Below are positions 1 to 64,000 of a stretch of DNA of 64,000 nucleotides, in pieces. The notes beneath the pieces were generated by a model. That model saw nothing but the letters and a program-made list of their open reading frames with translations. It did no database searches and had not been told where the DNA came from. Position 1 is the stretch's first letter. Each line of letters starts with the position of its first letter. Source of the DNA: Leucoraja ocellata (taxonomy: Eukaryota); assembly GCA_036785375.1 (NCBI GenBank), contig JAWMAR010000218.1:3224001-3288000 (forward strand), written 5' to 3'. Position numbers and translations under genes: made by a program.

Positions 1-336
1 TTCAGTTGCCGGAGAGTCGGTGCTCAACCTGTGCTAAAATGTTTTTATTGTTGCCATCCAACTAAGATAGACGTTAAAAATAAATAGTATGTCAATTTGA
101 AGTTGAGCCAATATAGTCCAATCCTTTAATAAAATAAGTAGTGTCACATTGCATCTTGGCCAAGTCGCATAGGCCATGTTAGCCTAAACAGGTTAGACTC
201 CAAGAACGTTGTTTAATTAGATAAAATTGAGCTGAACACCATAGTGACAGTGTCACTGGATGCGACATTGTCAAAGGAGTCATCCTGCAGATCAAATGCT
301 GAGGCTTAAGGAATGCTAACCAAAACACGTCACGTC

Positions 337-500
337 AGGGGTCCCGACGTCACCTATCCATTTTCTCCAGAAATACTGCCTGACCAGCTGAGTTACTCCA
401 GCATTTTGTGTCTATCTTCACTAGAACATAAAGTCTGTTTCTATCTTCACAGTTGCTGCCTGACCTGCTGAACACAGCTAGCATTCTGCTCTCACTTCAA
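337..500 (+). mobile_element. Penelope-like pseudo-LTR fragment followed by a remnant of an older related copy
   Basis: gggtcccgacgtcacctatccattttctccaga...gagttactccagcattttgtgtctatcttc matches the PLE repeat seen elsewhere in the window. Confidence 0.65.
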
Positions 501-504
501 AGAC

Positions 505-760
505 CTCATGAATTTATTTAGAACGAGATCAGTATATTGTTCCCAGTGTTCTGATCAATATTCATCCCTCGCCTCTAATCAAGACGATCTGATTATTATA
601 ACAGTGCTACCCAGGGGCAGCTGTTGTGTACAAATTGCCTGCTGTCTTTTCTATGTTACAATAGTGACTACATTCCAGAAGTGCTTAATTGCCTGTAAAA
701 GATGCCAAGTCAGAACAAGGTTGTGAAATGCACTATATTTAGTACTAATCTCTTTTTCAA
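505..760 (+). mobile_element. Decayed Deu-domain-type SINE; similar fragments near 10960-11090(-), 19040-19240(+), 24030-24260(-), 29290-29430(+), 48700-48895(-)
   Basis: Motifs ctgattattat...acaatagtgactacattccagaagtgcttaattgcctgtaaa...gttgtgaaatgcactata resemble the DeuSINE body and tail; recognised from memory only. Confidence 0.45.
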
Positions 761-907
761 AGGCAATCAATGCCAGCCGAAATCGTTGGCGTGAAACCAA
801 TTCTTACTGAGTGAATGAACAGCAAGTTCGGTTGTGCAAAAAAAAAAAAAAAAAAAATCAGACTGAGGAAATACTTTAAACTGCACAAGTCCATGTCCAA
901 TACTTAC

Positions 908-63583
<62,676 letters not shown>

Positions 63584-64000
63584 CTACAACCAATTTGCAT
63601 TGTTTTTATTCCAACCTTGCTTTGATATACAAATTATCTCTTCCTTAGTAAAGAAAAATATAGAGAAACAATTTTGGCTGCATAACGCAATTGTCTGGAT
63701 TATTCATTGTGTTAACTTATTTTAATAAAAACAACCACAAGTAACATAGATTTGCTATTTATCTCATTATTCAAGACAATATCTAAATTTTCCTGAAATG
63801 TGTTTTGACCTAGTTGGTCAAAACAGGTGTTAAAGGCCCTCTGGCAAAGGTCCACATTTTACAAAGTAACAACAATTAGACCACAACATTGCTCTGACAG
63901 GTTTTCTGCATTCAAATGCAGGTCTCAACTAACATAGATACAAAGGATTCAGCTGGATTTCAGGGGGTTAGGAAGGGGCCAGACATTTGCTGTCAATTGT

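Noticed and set aside
1-907. Next PACS2 exon (LQVDYW motif) or stop codon
   Set aside because: Not found by eye; the remaining exons appear to lie beyond the window start.

Overview
Eukaryotic (vertebrate) genomic DNA, not prokaryotic. The repeat content (V-SINE/HE1-type SINEs, abundant CR1 LINEs, Penelope-like elements, Rex1) points to a cartilaginous fish such as a skate or ray; this is inference. The whole window lies inside one minus-strand gene, PACS2 (phosphofurin acidic cluster sorting protein 2). I traced 14 coding exons by hand with GT-AG boundaries and matching phases (1424 nt, about 474 aa of the middle and C-terminal regions). The start and stop lie outside the window. One of these exons is a 33-nt frame-preserving microexon (5740-5772) that the ORF track misses. 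The introns are a mosaic of mostly decayed transposons: CR1, Rex1, RTE, L2, an L1-like 3' end, V-SINEs, Deu-type SINEs, a Harbinger MITE, a pogo-like MITE and an internally deleted CsRn1-type Ty3/Gypsy element with both LTRs. The most striking pattern is the Penelope-like (PLE) pseudo-LTR, present in more than a dozen copies. Each recognisable copy carries an intact or decayed minimal hammerhead-ribozyme core (CUGAnGA-A-stem II-GAAAC-GUC/GUU). Several copies inserted as 200-280 bp fold-back hairpins with 11-16 bp target-site duplications, placing a hammerhead motif on both strands; one sits 16 nt from a PACS2 splice donor. Repeat boundaries are approximate unless a TSD is quoted, and family names come from motif recognition, not database searches.
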